From positions 16,305,360 through 16,369,359 of the forward strand of contig NC_043019.1 of NCBI RefSeq assembly GCF_006345805.1: a stretch of DNA of 64,000 nt. The letters run 5' to 3'. Of the stretch, positions 43,369 to 54,747 are shown in pieces. A program made the translations under genes and the position numbers. The notes below the pieces were generated by a model that was given only the letters and a program-made list of their open reading frames with translations, ran no database searches and was not told where the DNA came from. The first letter of the stretch is position 1; the number at the start of each line of letters is the position of its first letter. The stretch is from Octopus sinensis (taxonomy: Eukaryota).

Positions 43369-43527
43369 TTATTGTAAAAATTGTAAAACTTTGATTTGTT
43401 GCAAATTCTGTCCAGTTTGTTGGCTTCTTATAATATTTTCCATTGCTTCCTCAAACTTCTTAAACTTCTCTCTTGGATCAACGCTGGGCAAAGGTGGGCA
43501 TCCACATTGGTCACGCACTTCTATAGC
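43369..43527 (-). CDS. OMA1: OMA1 exon 8 (AIEVRDQCGCPPLPSVDPR...QFLQ*)
   Basis: Poly-T AAG acceptor; matches the OMA1 C-terminal C-x-C-P-P-L..DPR motif; TAA at 43371-43369. Confidence 0.88.
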   Translation of the reverse strand, partial: AIEVRDQCGCPPLPSVDPREKFKKFEEAMENIIRSQQTGQNLQQIKVLQFLQ

Positions 43528-45077
43528 CTTTAAAAAAAAAAGTCAAAGACAATCATAAACAATTGAAACATTGAAATGATATCACTTTTAATTTTAAATG
43601 TTTTGACACTTTTATTTCTTTTTTTTTTTTGAAAGCTTGCATGGATGCCAGTGTTGTATTTTGTGCAGCAATATTTCACAGACTGGAAGATCATTCCTTC
43701 GTTTCGAAACAAATTGAAGCTGGGGTCAGAAAGGGTTTCTGGTCTTAGAAAACTCTGCCTGAAATGCATTTTCATCAGGTGCACACAAACGTGGGAAAAG
43801 TGATGAGGAGGATGCAACATACACCAGCACACTTATACATGCAGATCTAAATACCTGTGTGTGTGAGTCTACGTATATAATGGTTGCCTCATCTTGTCAG
43901 ATGATCGCCAATTCACATTCAGAAATGATAGTGAGACATCTGTAGGTCTTTGGATTTAAGTGACAAAAGCTTGAGCAACACTTTTGCCAGTCTCTCAGTC
44001 GCCATATTGGATTCCACTGACATCTTGCAAGATGGCGGCTATTATTTTGTCTGCAGGTTTTATGTCCGAATATCTTTCTCATGGAAGAGCTGCCTTCCCC
44101 ATGGCTTCTCTCAAAAATAACCGAATATCTCTGGGAAATTTATTTAACCCATAGATCGCAACCTGACAGGTGATGGTAATTAAGGGGTGATTTCATGACC
44201 CCACAATCCCAGAACTCCCCAATGGGAGCCTCATCACCCAACACTGTTTAAAGTCATAGCCAGGACGTAAATATAAACACATACATGTACACACATACGT
44301 ACGTACAAACATACACACACACGGTTATGTGTAGAAACGGTGTAAAAAAAGGACTCAATACATGTCATTGAGTTTATGAATTCCTTCAAAGCTGACAAAT
44401 CGTGTCGATTCTGCTCCAAGTTTCTTGTCTCAAGAATTTCTATCGAAGGAACAAATCATCAACAGATTTCTTTTATCTTTTTTACTTGTTTCAGTCATTG
44501 GAATGCGGCCATGCTGGAGCATGGCTTTCAAGGGTTGAGTTGAACAAATCAACCCCAGGACTTATTGGTTTTTAGACCCAGTTACTTGTTCTATCAGTCA
44601 CTTACTGTCAAACCACAAAGTTGAGGGGACATAAACAAACCAACTCCAGTTGTCAAGCAGTGATGGAGGACACACACACTTAAACAGGCTTCTTTCAGTT
44701 TCCATCCACCAAATTCATTCACAAGGTTTTGATTGGCTTCAGGCTATGATAGAGACACTGGCCCAAGGTGCCACACAGGAGAATTGAACCTGCCCCAAAA
44801 GAGGAAATCTTTGTTCACAAGATAACATTCCTGTGGCTACAGCTTGGCCAGTCGGACATGCTTTGTCGTGCCACTCGGCTGGAGAGGCCTGTAAGCAGCC
44901 ATGCTGACTGAGGCTAAGAGTTGGACACATAAATTCTTCTATAGAATTCACATAAAGCGTCAGAGAAGGGAAGAACTGTGTAATGTCTGTGGAATGGTTT
45001 GAATCATTTCCTTCTTCGAGTTCTTCTCCCTGGATTTTTCCTCTCTCCCCTCCCCTCTCCAGTACATCTCATTTCTT

Positions 45078-45385
45078 CTACTAACTCCAAGATTCCGAGT
45101 TCGATCCCAGGCAGTGACCTGAAGAAGAAGAAGAAGAAGAAGAAGAAGAAGAAGAAGAAGAAGAAGAAGAAGAAGAAGAAGAAGAAGAAGAAGAAGAAGA
45201 AGAAGAAGGAGGAGGAGGAGGAGAACAGCAGCAGCAGCAACAAAAACAACAAAAACAACAACAACAGCAAATACCTTAGGGATGAGAACCTAGGTTCAAA
45301 ATTTCCCCAAGACACCTGATGAAGGCTGGAGGGTTTATCAGCCGAAACAAGATGAGGACAAATATCCGTCACATGTGTAAATAAT
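45078..45385 (+). mobile_element. tRNA-headed SINE with internal microsatellite and hammerhead-bearing tail (5'-truncated; ribozyme disabled by deletion)
   Basis: GAGTTCGATCCC B-box, then (GAA)n, then GACAC-CTGATGA-A-GGCTG..CAGCC-GAAAC (45311-45348) with the following stem III / stem I segment missing relative to 54284-54329. Confidence 0.75.
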
Positions 45386-45405
45386 CCCGTTTTTTGTATA
45401 CTTAC

Positions 45406-45552
45406 CTTTGGGACCAAGTGGTCAATCAGCTGACTCCGCTGCGAGTGGAGGGGATGAGTGGACAACCACTGGGGTGAGGTCACTTGATTCAGCTTGTCGT
45501 TTATTTCCATATGCTTCCAGAAATTGCTTCCTTCCCTGATATCGTAACAGGC
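45406..45552 (-). CDS. OMA1: OMA1 exon 7 (ACYDIREGSNFW...WLSTHPLHSQRSQLIDHLVPK)
   Basis: AG/GT, phase 0/0, WLSTHP motif. Confidence 0.93.
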
Positions 45553-45839
45553 CTGTACAGGTAAGTGAAAGAGAAGGTAAGTGTGGCCAGAATAAAGAGA
45601 CACCAATAGGCATTATTAAATAGAAAATAACAACCCCAACACCGTCAGGGTCCAGTCATCTTTGACAGTCTTTTCTTGGCTGACCAAACTTCCAGTCCCC
45701 ATGGCTGCCACCCGGTAACATTTCCACCCTCAATACAAGACATGCAATTCAGGCCTGGCATATGGAAAGGTAAGCAAACAGCAAATTCGATTTTAATAAC
45801 AATCTTTCATATTTAGGAGAGACAGCTTAAAAGGAGGTA

Positions 45840-45980
45840 CATCATCATCATTTAACATCTGTTTTGCATGCTGGCATGGGTTGGACAGTCTGACATGAAG
45901 TTGGCTACGCAGAAGACTGCACCAGGCTTCACTCTCTGTTTCAGCAGGGTTTTTACGGCTGGATGCCCTTCCCTAACACA
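45840..45980 (-). mobile_element. RTE-tail-type short repeat ending in (GAT)n; + strand relative at 47580-47840
   Basis: Shared GTCCAACCCATGCCAGCATG..AAAACAGATG(T/C)TAAATGATGATG end. Confidence 0.6.
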
Positions 45981-46195
45981 TGCTATTCTTTTATTCTTTA
46001 GCATGTTTCACTTGTAGGACTGTGGCCACACTGGGGCATTGCCTTGAAGGACACATCAACTCCAGTTCCTCTTTTTCATTTTTAAGTCTGGCCACTCATG
46101 CTTTTGGTCTCATTTACCAAACTGTAAAGTTACGGGGACATAAACAGACCTACACTGGTTATCAAACAATGCTTGGACAAGCACAAAGACACACA

Positions 46196-46240
<45 letters not shown>

Positions 46241-46278
46241 TGCGTGGTGGATTTACAGTAAGACATTCCAATACAAAC

Positions 46279-46353
46279 CTTTGCAGCCAATTTGAGGCCA
46301 ACAACATCAGCTTCAGTCTCTAATTTCCTGCTGTAGGGTAAATCAAGGAGAAT
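46279..46353 (-). CDS. OMA1: OMA1 exon 6 (ILLDLPYSRKLETEADVVGLKLAAK)
   Basis: M48 motif PYSRKLExEAD; AG/GT, phase 0/0. Confidence 0.95.
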
Positions 46354-46851
46354 CTGCAATGAAAGAGAAGAAGAAGACACAGTAGAGAGAGAGAGAGGGA
46401 GAGAGAGAAGAAGGGAGGAACAAACAGAGAAGAAGAATATAGGAGAGAGGGAGAGAGAGAAAGACTTGAAATACTTGTATGGATGCCAGTACAACTGTGT
46501 GGTTAAGACTACAACACCTGTCCCTCGTGAAAAAAGAGAGTTGATCCATTTGAAACCAGCCTGGCCAAAACTGCCTCTGGAATTGGTTCCTATCATGCAA
46601 AACTGACCTTTTTAAAGGATTCACAATGAAATCTTAATTAAATTTTACTTCTTAATTTTCATCATTATTTAATTATATAATTGATTATTCGTTAAGTTAT
46701 GTTTCAAACACCAGTTTAATGATGGACAAGTTAATTATTACACTAAATCTCTTCAAATTTTTAATTATTTTTTTAAAAATTAAATAAAAAAACAAAACAT
46801 GGACATTGCATATTTTATGAGAAACTTAGTTAAACAACCTGAACCGCTTAC

Positions 46852-46980
46852 CTGAACCACTTTCTCGTAAAATGCCTGTGTCACAAGGGCGATGCCATCA
46901 AATGGTAAGAATGTCCAAATTGCTGCCATTACAATAATGACAAAGATATCGATGATCTGAGCATAACTCACTTTCTCTGC
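46852..46980 (-). CDS. OMA1: OMA1 exon 5 (AEKVSYAQIIDIFVIIVMAAIWTFLPFDGIALVTQAFYEKVVQ)
   Basis: AG/GT, phase 0/0; hydrophobic segment after HEXXH. Confidence 0.92.
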
Positions 46981-47029
46981 CTGTGGAATTGGAAAAAAGG
47001 AAGGAAAAGTAAATACTCCTTTCCACTAT

Positions 47030-47264
47030 GAGCACAAGGCCTGGAATTTGGAGGGGGAGGGAATGGGCTAGATGGTTATATTGATCCCAGTTCATAAACG
47101 GTACTTGTTTTATCAACCCCGAAAGGATGAACCACAAAGTCAACCTTTGGCAGAATTTGAACTCAGAACGTAAAGTCGGAAGAAATGCTGCTAAACATTT
47201 GGTCGGATATGCTAATGATTTGGCCAACTAAATAATAATAAATAACAACAACAACAACAACAAC

Positions 47265-47309
<45 letters not shown>

Positions 47310-48000
47310 TAATAATAATAATGATGATAATAATGGTTTCAAATTTTGCCACAAGGGCAGCAATTTTAAGGGAGGGAAGTCGATTACATCGTTCTCCCGA
47401 CCCATCAGTGTTCAACTGGTACTGACCCTAAAAGGAGGAAAGGCAAAGTTGACCTCAGCAAAATTTGAACTCAGAACATAACGACAGGCAAAATACCACT
47501 AAGTATTTCATCCATCCTGCCAACAATTCTACCAGCTTGCCACCTTAAATAATAATAATAATAATGATAATAATAATAAACAGCTCCCTGTCTGGCTCCC
47601 TGTGCCGGTGGCATGCAAAAAGCACCATCAAAACGTGGTCAATGCCAGCCCCCCCTGGCCCCTTTGCTGGTGGCACATAAAAAATCCCCTCTACATTCAT
47701 GGAGTGGTTGGCATTAGGAAGGTCATCCAGCTGTAGAAACACTGCCAGATCAGACTGGTGCCTGGTGCAGCCTCCTGGCTTCCTAGACCCCAGTTTAACC
47801 GTCCAACCCATGCCAGCATGGAAAACAGATGCTAAATGATGATGATGATGATGAATAGTTTCAAATTTTGGCACAAGGCCAGCAATTTGGGGGGCAGGAG
47901 ATAAATTGATTACATCAACCCCAGAACTCAACTAGTACTTAATTCATTGATCCCGAAAGGATAAAAGACAGAGTCAACCTTGGTTGAATTTGAACTCAGA
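47030..48000 (-). mobile_element. Cluster of SINE family 1 copies (about 47030-47230, 47335-47545, 47855-48000); similar cluster at 53410-53960
   Basis: Repeated core AACTGGTAC...GAAAGGATGAAAGGCAAAGT...TTTGAACTCAGAAC separated by (AAT)n. Confidence 0.8.
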
Positions 48001-48919
48001 ACATGAAGGAATGAAGTTAGGCATAAAGCTAGCAAGAGATGCCTGCATCAATAGTTTTACCCTTGTCGTTGACATAAGTTGAGGCAAATACTTGCATTGA
48101 TTTATATCTATGGGGGTTATAAGGAATGGGTAACAGTAATTGATGATAAATACATTCATAGTTTTCACTTTAGAAATTAGGGTAAGAATAATTTAAAGGT
48201 AACCCTATGTCAACAGACTCACCTCTCAGGTGGTTATGAGTAAATTTAAGGGTCAGGCTAGCAGGATTTCATTGAATCAACAGTGTTAAACCTAAGTTAA
48301 ATATAAGAGTAGTTAAAAGCAAATATCAGGAAATTAACTTCTGGGATAAAATGGAAGAAAGATAGAAAGAGGAGAAAGTTTAATATGTGTACAAAAAGGG
48401 TTAAGATTAAAAGATAATTGGAATGAACAAAGAATCATGATGATACGACAAGGAATTATCAGGGGTCAACTGGTACAGCATTCAGGTGGGTTCAATGTTT
48501 ATTTGTTCCTTTTATGTCTGGTTTCTATTCATACCTGCACAGGTAAGATGAATATATTATGAAGGCATTGTTTCACAACCAGATGCTCTTCCTGTCACTC
48601 ACCCTTACCTGTAACCTTACTATAATGAGCGTTATGTCCATTTGTCTGTTCCCTTTTCATGGTCAAACAGCTGGACAATGGTCACAATGCTTTTCAGGAT
48701 TACGAAGGAGGTAATCAGAAAAAAGTGTGAAAAAATATGATTATTTATTGGATATTGAGTTTTGTATCAATAAGTCACATTTGATTTTTTTTTTTTTGTT
48801 AAAATTCCGGTGACAAGGATTAACTCTGGATTCCCCTCCCCATATAGATCATGAATCTAAAGGGTTTAGATTTGTGATACTATCCCTTTATTTCCCATCG
48901 TAGATGGACAGATTTGCTA

Positions 48920-49225
48920 TCTTACTATAATGGGCGTTATGTCCGTCTGTCCGTCTCTTTGTTCCCTGTTAACATCCAAACATTATTCACATAGAACAGT
49001 GAGAGGTAAATCTTAGTTTGATTTTTTGCAACCCTAAAGAATCTGCTCGCGCATTCACAGCAAACAAGGCACAGGACCAGGCTTTAGATCGTATAGGTGT
49101 ATTTTTATCCACTCTGATGTTTACACACAATCAGTTATATGTCACTAAGAGTAGAACAATGGACTCCAGTAATTTGAAAATTAGTGTCGACCAAACAGAA
49201 AATATCGTCTACAAGTTTTGTAATC
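48920..49225 (+). mobile_element. Helitron remnant: 5' TC end and PIF1-like helicase C-terminus
   Basis: ORF 49018-49287 AFTANKAQDQALDRIGVFL...FTHNQLYVTKSR...NIVYK matches the PIF1 T(I/V)NK(S/A)QG...GQLYVALSR motifs; A|TCTTACTATAAT at 48920. Confidence 0.7.
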
Positions 49226-49900
49226 ATATTGACATTATCGAAAGGAATATGATTCATAATTCAAATAAGGAAATTTGTGAACTTTGAATGTATAAGAGTA
49301 TAATCAAGCATTAAAATAGTGTAAACAACTAAAATAAAAGTATATCTAAATAACATTTTTTTCTTAAATTTTATGTAGTGGTCGAAGGAAAGTCTGGCTT
49401 TTGTTAGGAGTGGTCCACATAACCAGTCATGATACAGAAGCTGGGAGCCTATTTCAGTTCGGGAGTGGATCGTCATTACATGTCACTTCATCACAAACAC
49501 ATGTTACTTATAGCTGCAACAGAATGCTGTATCACCAACAGTAATGTGATTCTTCTCAGACATCACCCAGTAATCCTATCAAAGTCCATTTACACATTTC
49601 TCAGTAATTACTGCTGTTATGACTTCCCTCCCTCATTTCATGCCTCCATCGTAGACGGGTGGATTTGGTAGTGTACGTAATTCATGATAATTCATAATGG
49701 ATGCCATTTGATGTTAAGTTAGAGAGAAGCTGGGCTGCTTGATGGTTGTTATTAAAAGGAATGTAAGAGAGGTAAAGGAAGTCTTTGAATAAAAGCAAAT
49801 GTATGTTGGTGTTTACTGGACACTGCATGATGAAGACAGAGGGGAGCGAGAAGATGTTAGCAGTGGTGGTACGGTCAGTTGCCAAAATAGAGAAACTTAC

Positions 49901-50008
49901 TGAATGTCCCAGAACAACATGGGCCAATTCATGGGCCAGAATAACAGCCAGTTGGTCATCGTTAGCCACCATGTTCAAGAGTCCTTCGTGGACATAGACA
50001 TGGCCTGT
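49901..50008 (-). CDS. OMA1: OMA1 exon 4 (TGHVYVHEGLLNMVANDDQLAVILAHELAHVVLGHS)
   Basis: HEXXH zinc motif HELAH; AG/GT, phase 0/0. Confidence 0.96.
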
Positions 50009-51019
50009 CTGAAAAACAATAACAACACACAGTTTATAAATCAAAGTAAATCCTATCAACATACATAGATGGACATTTCTGAGATGTGTTTGGTGAATAA
50101 TTTAGAAGATACATGTCTGATCCCTTCTGCATCTGTCTCTTACTCCCTTGCTTTCTCACAACCCATTATCATCCTTCTCTTCTCTCCTTTCCTAAAAAGA
50201 TACCAAGTGACCATCTTGTCTCTACAATTATCCATTCTTCTTTCACTTTGGCCATTCTGTTGGTCAGTCACTTGGCTTTTTTGTTTCCTTTTCCAACTCC
50301 TGTCTAAGATTTGCAATTTACTTCCAGCTCATGTTTTGCATGCATTCAATTTCTTTTACCTTTTTTTCTACATCTATTTCTTCAAGTCTGAAAGGACCAT
50401 GTTCTTTCCAATAAGCATTACTTTTACACATAACTTATCTTAATTCTGTTAAATAACCAAAAGGCTTTCTAAATATAGAAATATTTATGCTGTTTATTAT
50501 ATTTTTTATTTTTCATTACTGTTCTTGCTTTTTCAATTCGTATATTTCCCCATTCTCCTCATGGTTTATTCTCTTTACCATTTGGTCTAGAGACCTCATT
50601 TTTTGGTGTAATTATCATATTTATCATTCTTATCTTTCCTGTTTGCTCTTTATTTCATGTTGTTGCCAAATAGAACAACATTATTAATAAAGTGTCAAAA
50701 TTGTGATGGTTTTTGGTCCATAACTGATGAGGGGTTGAATGTGTCTACATCCATGGTTTGTTTTTCCCTGTTTTCTAAATGTTCCTCTCTTGTCCTCCTA
50801 TACATACATACATGCATGCATGCATTGATAGATCAATATAATATACAAGTGAGTGTGGAGGTACATAGCTTAGTGGTTGGCGTGTTACACTCACGATCAT
50901 AAAATTGCGCTTTGATTCTTGGAGTGGGTGAAGTGTTGTGTTCTTGAGCAAAACACTTCATTTTTATATTGCTCAAGTCCACTCTGCTGGCAAAGATGAG
51001 TGATTCCTGTGACAGACCA

Positions 51020-51535
51020 GTGTACCATCCAGGCAGGAAATAGATGCAAAAGAATAGCCTCCATCAGGCATTTGCCATATTCTGAACGCCTTACTTCCCT
51101 GGACATGGACACATTGAAACTCCGACGTCTGGCAGCTGACTTGGCAGACACCCATAAGATTATTAACCATCTTACAAACAATAACTCTGAGCACCTTTTC
51201 AAACTCCACCTGTCTAACACCCATGGACATGTTTACAAAGTCAGAAAACAGCACAGCTCCCATGACTTTCGGAAACATTTTTTCACTCCAAGAGTTGCTG
51301 AAGCATGGAACAAACTGCCGGCATCAGTTGTGGGTTGTCGGAGCACTGCATCCTTCAAAACTTCCATGCTTCCTGAGATTCGCCAACACTACACCTGATT
51401 TTCTCCCCTCCATACACACGCAAACATGTATCTGACTCATACACTGTTCGCTTCCAGACATTTGTACATTACTGCATATGCTTTATACGCACTTTTGACA
51501 AGTTGTGGTGCACCTGAGCACTGTATACAATAATT

Positions 51536-51568
<33 letters not shown>

Positions 51569-51570
51569 TA
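51020..51570 (+). mobile_element. CR1-clade LINE 3' end with (ATT)n tail
   Basis: ORF 51000-51398 LPYSERL...LRRLAADL...GHVYKV..RKHFF..RVAEAWNKLP. Confidence 0.85.
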
Positions 51571-52159
51571 TACACTACAGAATCCAGGAAACCAACCTTA
51601 TAAGCCTTTGAGATATATATATATAGATAGTTAATTCGAGGAAGTTATATCCTCATTAGGGATTATATAATCATATTCCACTGGTTAATCTCTATTGTAT
51701 AATGCAAAAGTCAATGTTAGGGATTATTGAAATTATATATTATCAATATTGAAGGAAAAAGAAAATGGATTTATGAATAATCTATTTGTATGTTATAAAA
51801 TGATGAAACATAACTACAAATAAATTGATTACAAATTGCAAAGCTTGAAAAAAGTCAACTAGGTGATAGAACTAAAACATATATGTAGGTTCCTTTCTTT
51901 TAACTTTTTGAGCTTTACAACTTGTAATCAATTTATTTGTAGTTATGTTTTTTAAAAGAAACTTTCATTTCTTTATAACATACAAATGAATTATTCATAC
52001 ATCCATTTTTTTCTCCATTTTCTTTTTCCTTTAACACACACACACACACATATATATATATAACGGGAAGCTTTATGAAAATAAACAAAAGACGAAGGCA
52101 GGTGGAGTACAAACAAACAATTGTATTAGTATGGCGCTCAGGAATATAAATAAAACAAG

Positions 52160-52197
52160 TCTTTTATGTTTCAAGCCTATGCTCTTCAACAGAAAGA
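52160..52197 (-). ncRNA. Decayed hammerhead motif, CUGUUGA family (repeat about 52060-52240)
   Basis: Minus: TCTTT-CTGTTGA-A-GAGC atag GCTT-GAAA-CAT-A-AAAGA; CpG-type transitions break the ACGT palindrome. Confidence 0.55.
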
Positions 52198-52461
52198 TAC
52201 ACAGAAAAGAAACACGGAGAGAAACAAGGAGAGAATATATTCATGGTACAGCAGAGTTTATATTAAAAATAGTCAAGCAGCCATTATGGAGTGCTACCAT
52301 TAAGTATGGAATATGAAGACTGATACCATCTTTACAGATAAGTTTACAGTTAAAACCTCTTGTACTGAGGTTCAGTAAATAAAAAAAAAACTGAGTGATA
52401 TTTGAGGTTTACCAAAGCTCAGTGTAAAACCTTGAGAATGTTCTAGTCTTGGTTCACTTAC

Positions 52462-52635
52462 CGGGAGAACAAAGGCATTAGAATCCACAGAACTGATAAT
52501 GGCAACTTTCCATTTTCGATCTTTCATTTTGAAAACATTGTGATTGCTGCGCACCAGATTTTCTAGAATTCTAATGATCCTCTTGTAGGAAGGGTGTGAG
52601 GCAGGTAAAAAAAGGTCTTGATAGGAACTTTGTTG
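52462..52635 (-). CDS. OMA1: OMA1 exon 3 (QQSSYQDLFLPASHPSYKRII...KWKVAIISSVDSNAFVLP)
   Basis: M48 NAFVLP motif; TAG acceptor, GTAAGT donor, 174 nt, phase 0/0. Confidence 0.93.
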
Positions 52636-52974
52636 CTACAGTGATGAAAATATAAACGAAAATAAGGTTAGTATTTAAAAAAAAGAGGTTTAGAAATGGT
52701 TTGGAAAACTTAGATTTCTCAGAATCAGAAAGGAAAGCATGGATGAATATTGATGGAACACATGATCATCATTTGCCATCAGCATCACAGAAACAGCCCC
52801 CCCCAAAAAAGGGAGAAGGATATATTAAATAATGTAATCCTTAATACTCTTAAAATGATGGAATGTATTTGGTCATAGATTTGATGAATCAGGGTGGATC
52901 TAGGGTTCAAGAAACAATTATAGTCAGTTCATGCCAGTCACAAGGCCAAACATCCCTGAAAGTTTCATCTGAAT

Positions 52975-53405
52975 CCATCCAGTGGTTTTTGAGATATCTT
53001 ATCCATGGACAAACAAAAAAACAAACATGACTGAAAACAATACCTCCACCTTTGCTAAGGTGGAGGTAATAAAAGAAATGGAGAAACTTTCAAAATACAA
53101 AGACCTGGAAATGGAATTAAATCGAATGTGGAGTCTAAAACCAGAAACAATTCCTATCATAGTAGGTGCATTGGGTATGATAAAAATACATAACAAAAAC
53201 AGCAGGACTAACAAGTATATATAACACAGAAAATAGCACTACTAGTCACTGCAGACATCCTATGTAAAACACTTTCAATACAGTAAAAATAAGAGCATCA
53301 CAACAAACTACAGCACATGCCCAAGACACATAAAGCTGTGCTCGGTAGTGAAGTGAAAGCATGTGATGAGAATAAGACTACTGAATGATAACAGTACTAA
53401 TAATG
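52975..53405 (+). mobile_element. R4/Dong-like LINE 3' end
   Basis: KEMEKLSKYKDLEMELNRMWSLKPETIPIIVGALG in ORF 52982-53224; ends at AAT repeats. Confidence 0.75.
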
Positions 53406-53963
53406 ATTTCAAGTTTTAGCACAGGACCAGCTTTTTCAGGGGAGTGGTGAGTCTATTCCATCAACCCTGGTATTCAACTGGTACTTATTTTATCAACCCC
53501 AAAAGAATGAAAGGCAAAGCTGATCTCAGTGAAATTTGAACTCAGAATGTAAGGATGGACGACACGCTGCACAGCATGCAAACAATTCTGCCATCTTGCC
53601 ACCTTCAATAATAATAATATAATAATAATAATAATAATAATAATGGTTTCAAATTTAGCCACAAGGGCAGCAATTTGGTAGGAGGGGATGAGTCAATTAC
53701 ATTGACCCCATCCAGTGTTCAGCTGGTACTTATTTTATCAACCCTGAAAGGATGAAAGGCAAAGTCAACCTTGGCAGAATTTGAACTCAGCCCAAATACT
53801 GCTGAGCATTTCATCCAGCATTCTAATGATTCTGCCAGCTCGCCGCCTTCAATAATAATAATAATAATAATAATCCTTTCTATGATTGGCACAAGGCCTG
53901 AAAAATTTTAGGGAAGGTGGATAGCCATTGACATTGACCATAGTGTGTAACTGGTACTTATTA

Positions 53964-54130
53964 CAGTTCTATATTTAAGAGATGAGGAATTATGTACATT
54001 TGATGGATATTTGTCCTCATCTTGTTTGTTGTTAACACATTTCAGCTGATATAACCTCCAGCCTTCATCAGGTGTCTTGGGGAAATTTTGAACCTGGGTT
54101 CTCTTCCTAAGGTATTTTTCAATGTTGTTG

Positions 54131-54167
<37 letters not shown>

Positions 54168-54352
54168 CATTTTTATCATTATTATTATTAGGTCACTGCC
54201 TGGAATCAAACTCGGAATCTTGGGGTTAGTAGCCCGCGCTCTTAACCACTATGCCATATTCCCGTGGTTCGAAATTTCCCCAAGACACCTGATGAAGGCT
54301 GGATGGTATATCACCCAAAACATTGTGTTAACAACAAACAAGATGAGGACAA
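53964..54352 (-). mobile_element. Full tRNA-headed hammerhead SINE (-, 53964-54266) with an inverted copy of its own tail (+, 54266-54352)
   Basis: Minus: TGGCATAGTGG (A-box), GAGTTTGATTCC (B-box), (AAT)n, GACAC-CTGATGA-A-GGCTG..CAGCT-GAAA-T-GTGTT (54034-54076). Plus copy 54284-54329: GACAC-CTGATGA...AAAA-CAT-T-GTGTT. Confidence 0.8.
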
Positions 54353-54518
54353 GATCAACCTCAGCAGAACTTGAACCCAGAACATAAAGACAGAGGAACT
54401 CCGCCACTGAGAATTTTGCCTGTCACGGTAATGATTCTACCAGTTCACTGCCTGAATAAGAAGAGGGGATAGAGAGGGGGGAGGAAGGAAACCGAATGAC
54501 AGGGTTGAACAGTTTTAC

Positions 54519-54747
54519 CAGTTTGGCTTCAAAGTTGGCAATCTTCATGAACTGATCATCTGTAAAAGCAATAAAGCGAATCCGTTTCGTGATGGGTGTT
54601 TCCTGAAGATGCGCCGAATAATAGGTGATTAGTGCCATGACACCAAGTCCAGCAGCCAGAAGGTATTTCTGCCAGGAACTGAGAATCTCACTTTGCACTT
54701 GTTTCTTCTTTTGGTGGGGCAAGGATCTCCACCACAGTCGCAGCCTC
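54519..54747 (-). CDS. OMA1: OMA1 exon 2 (RLRLWWRSLP...HLQETPITKRIRFIAFTDDQFMKIANFEAKL)
   Basis: CAG acceptor phase 2, GT donor phase 0; WW..LP and HL..P.T.R motifs of OMA1. Confidence 0.93.

Noticed and set aside
54190-54262. tRNA gene
   Set aside because: A/B boxes are present but there is no acceptor stem, and it is fused to a repeat body; treated as a SINE head. The same applies to the other SINE heads.
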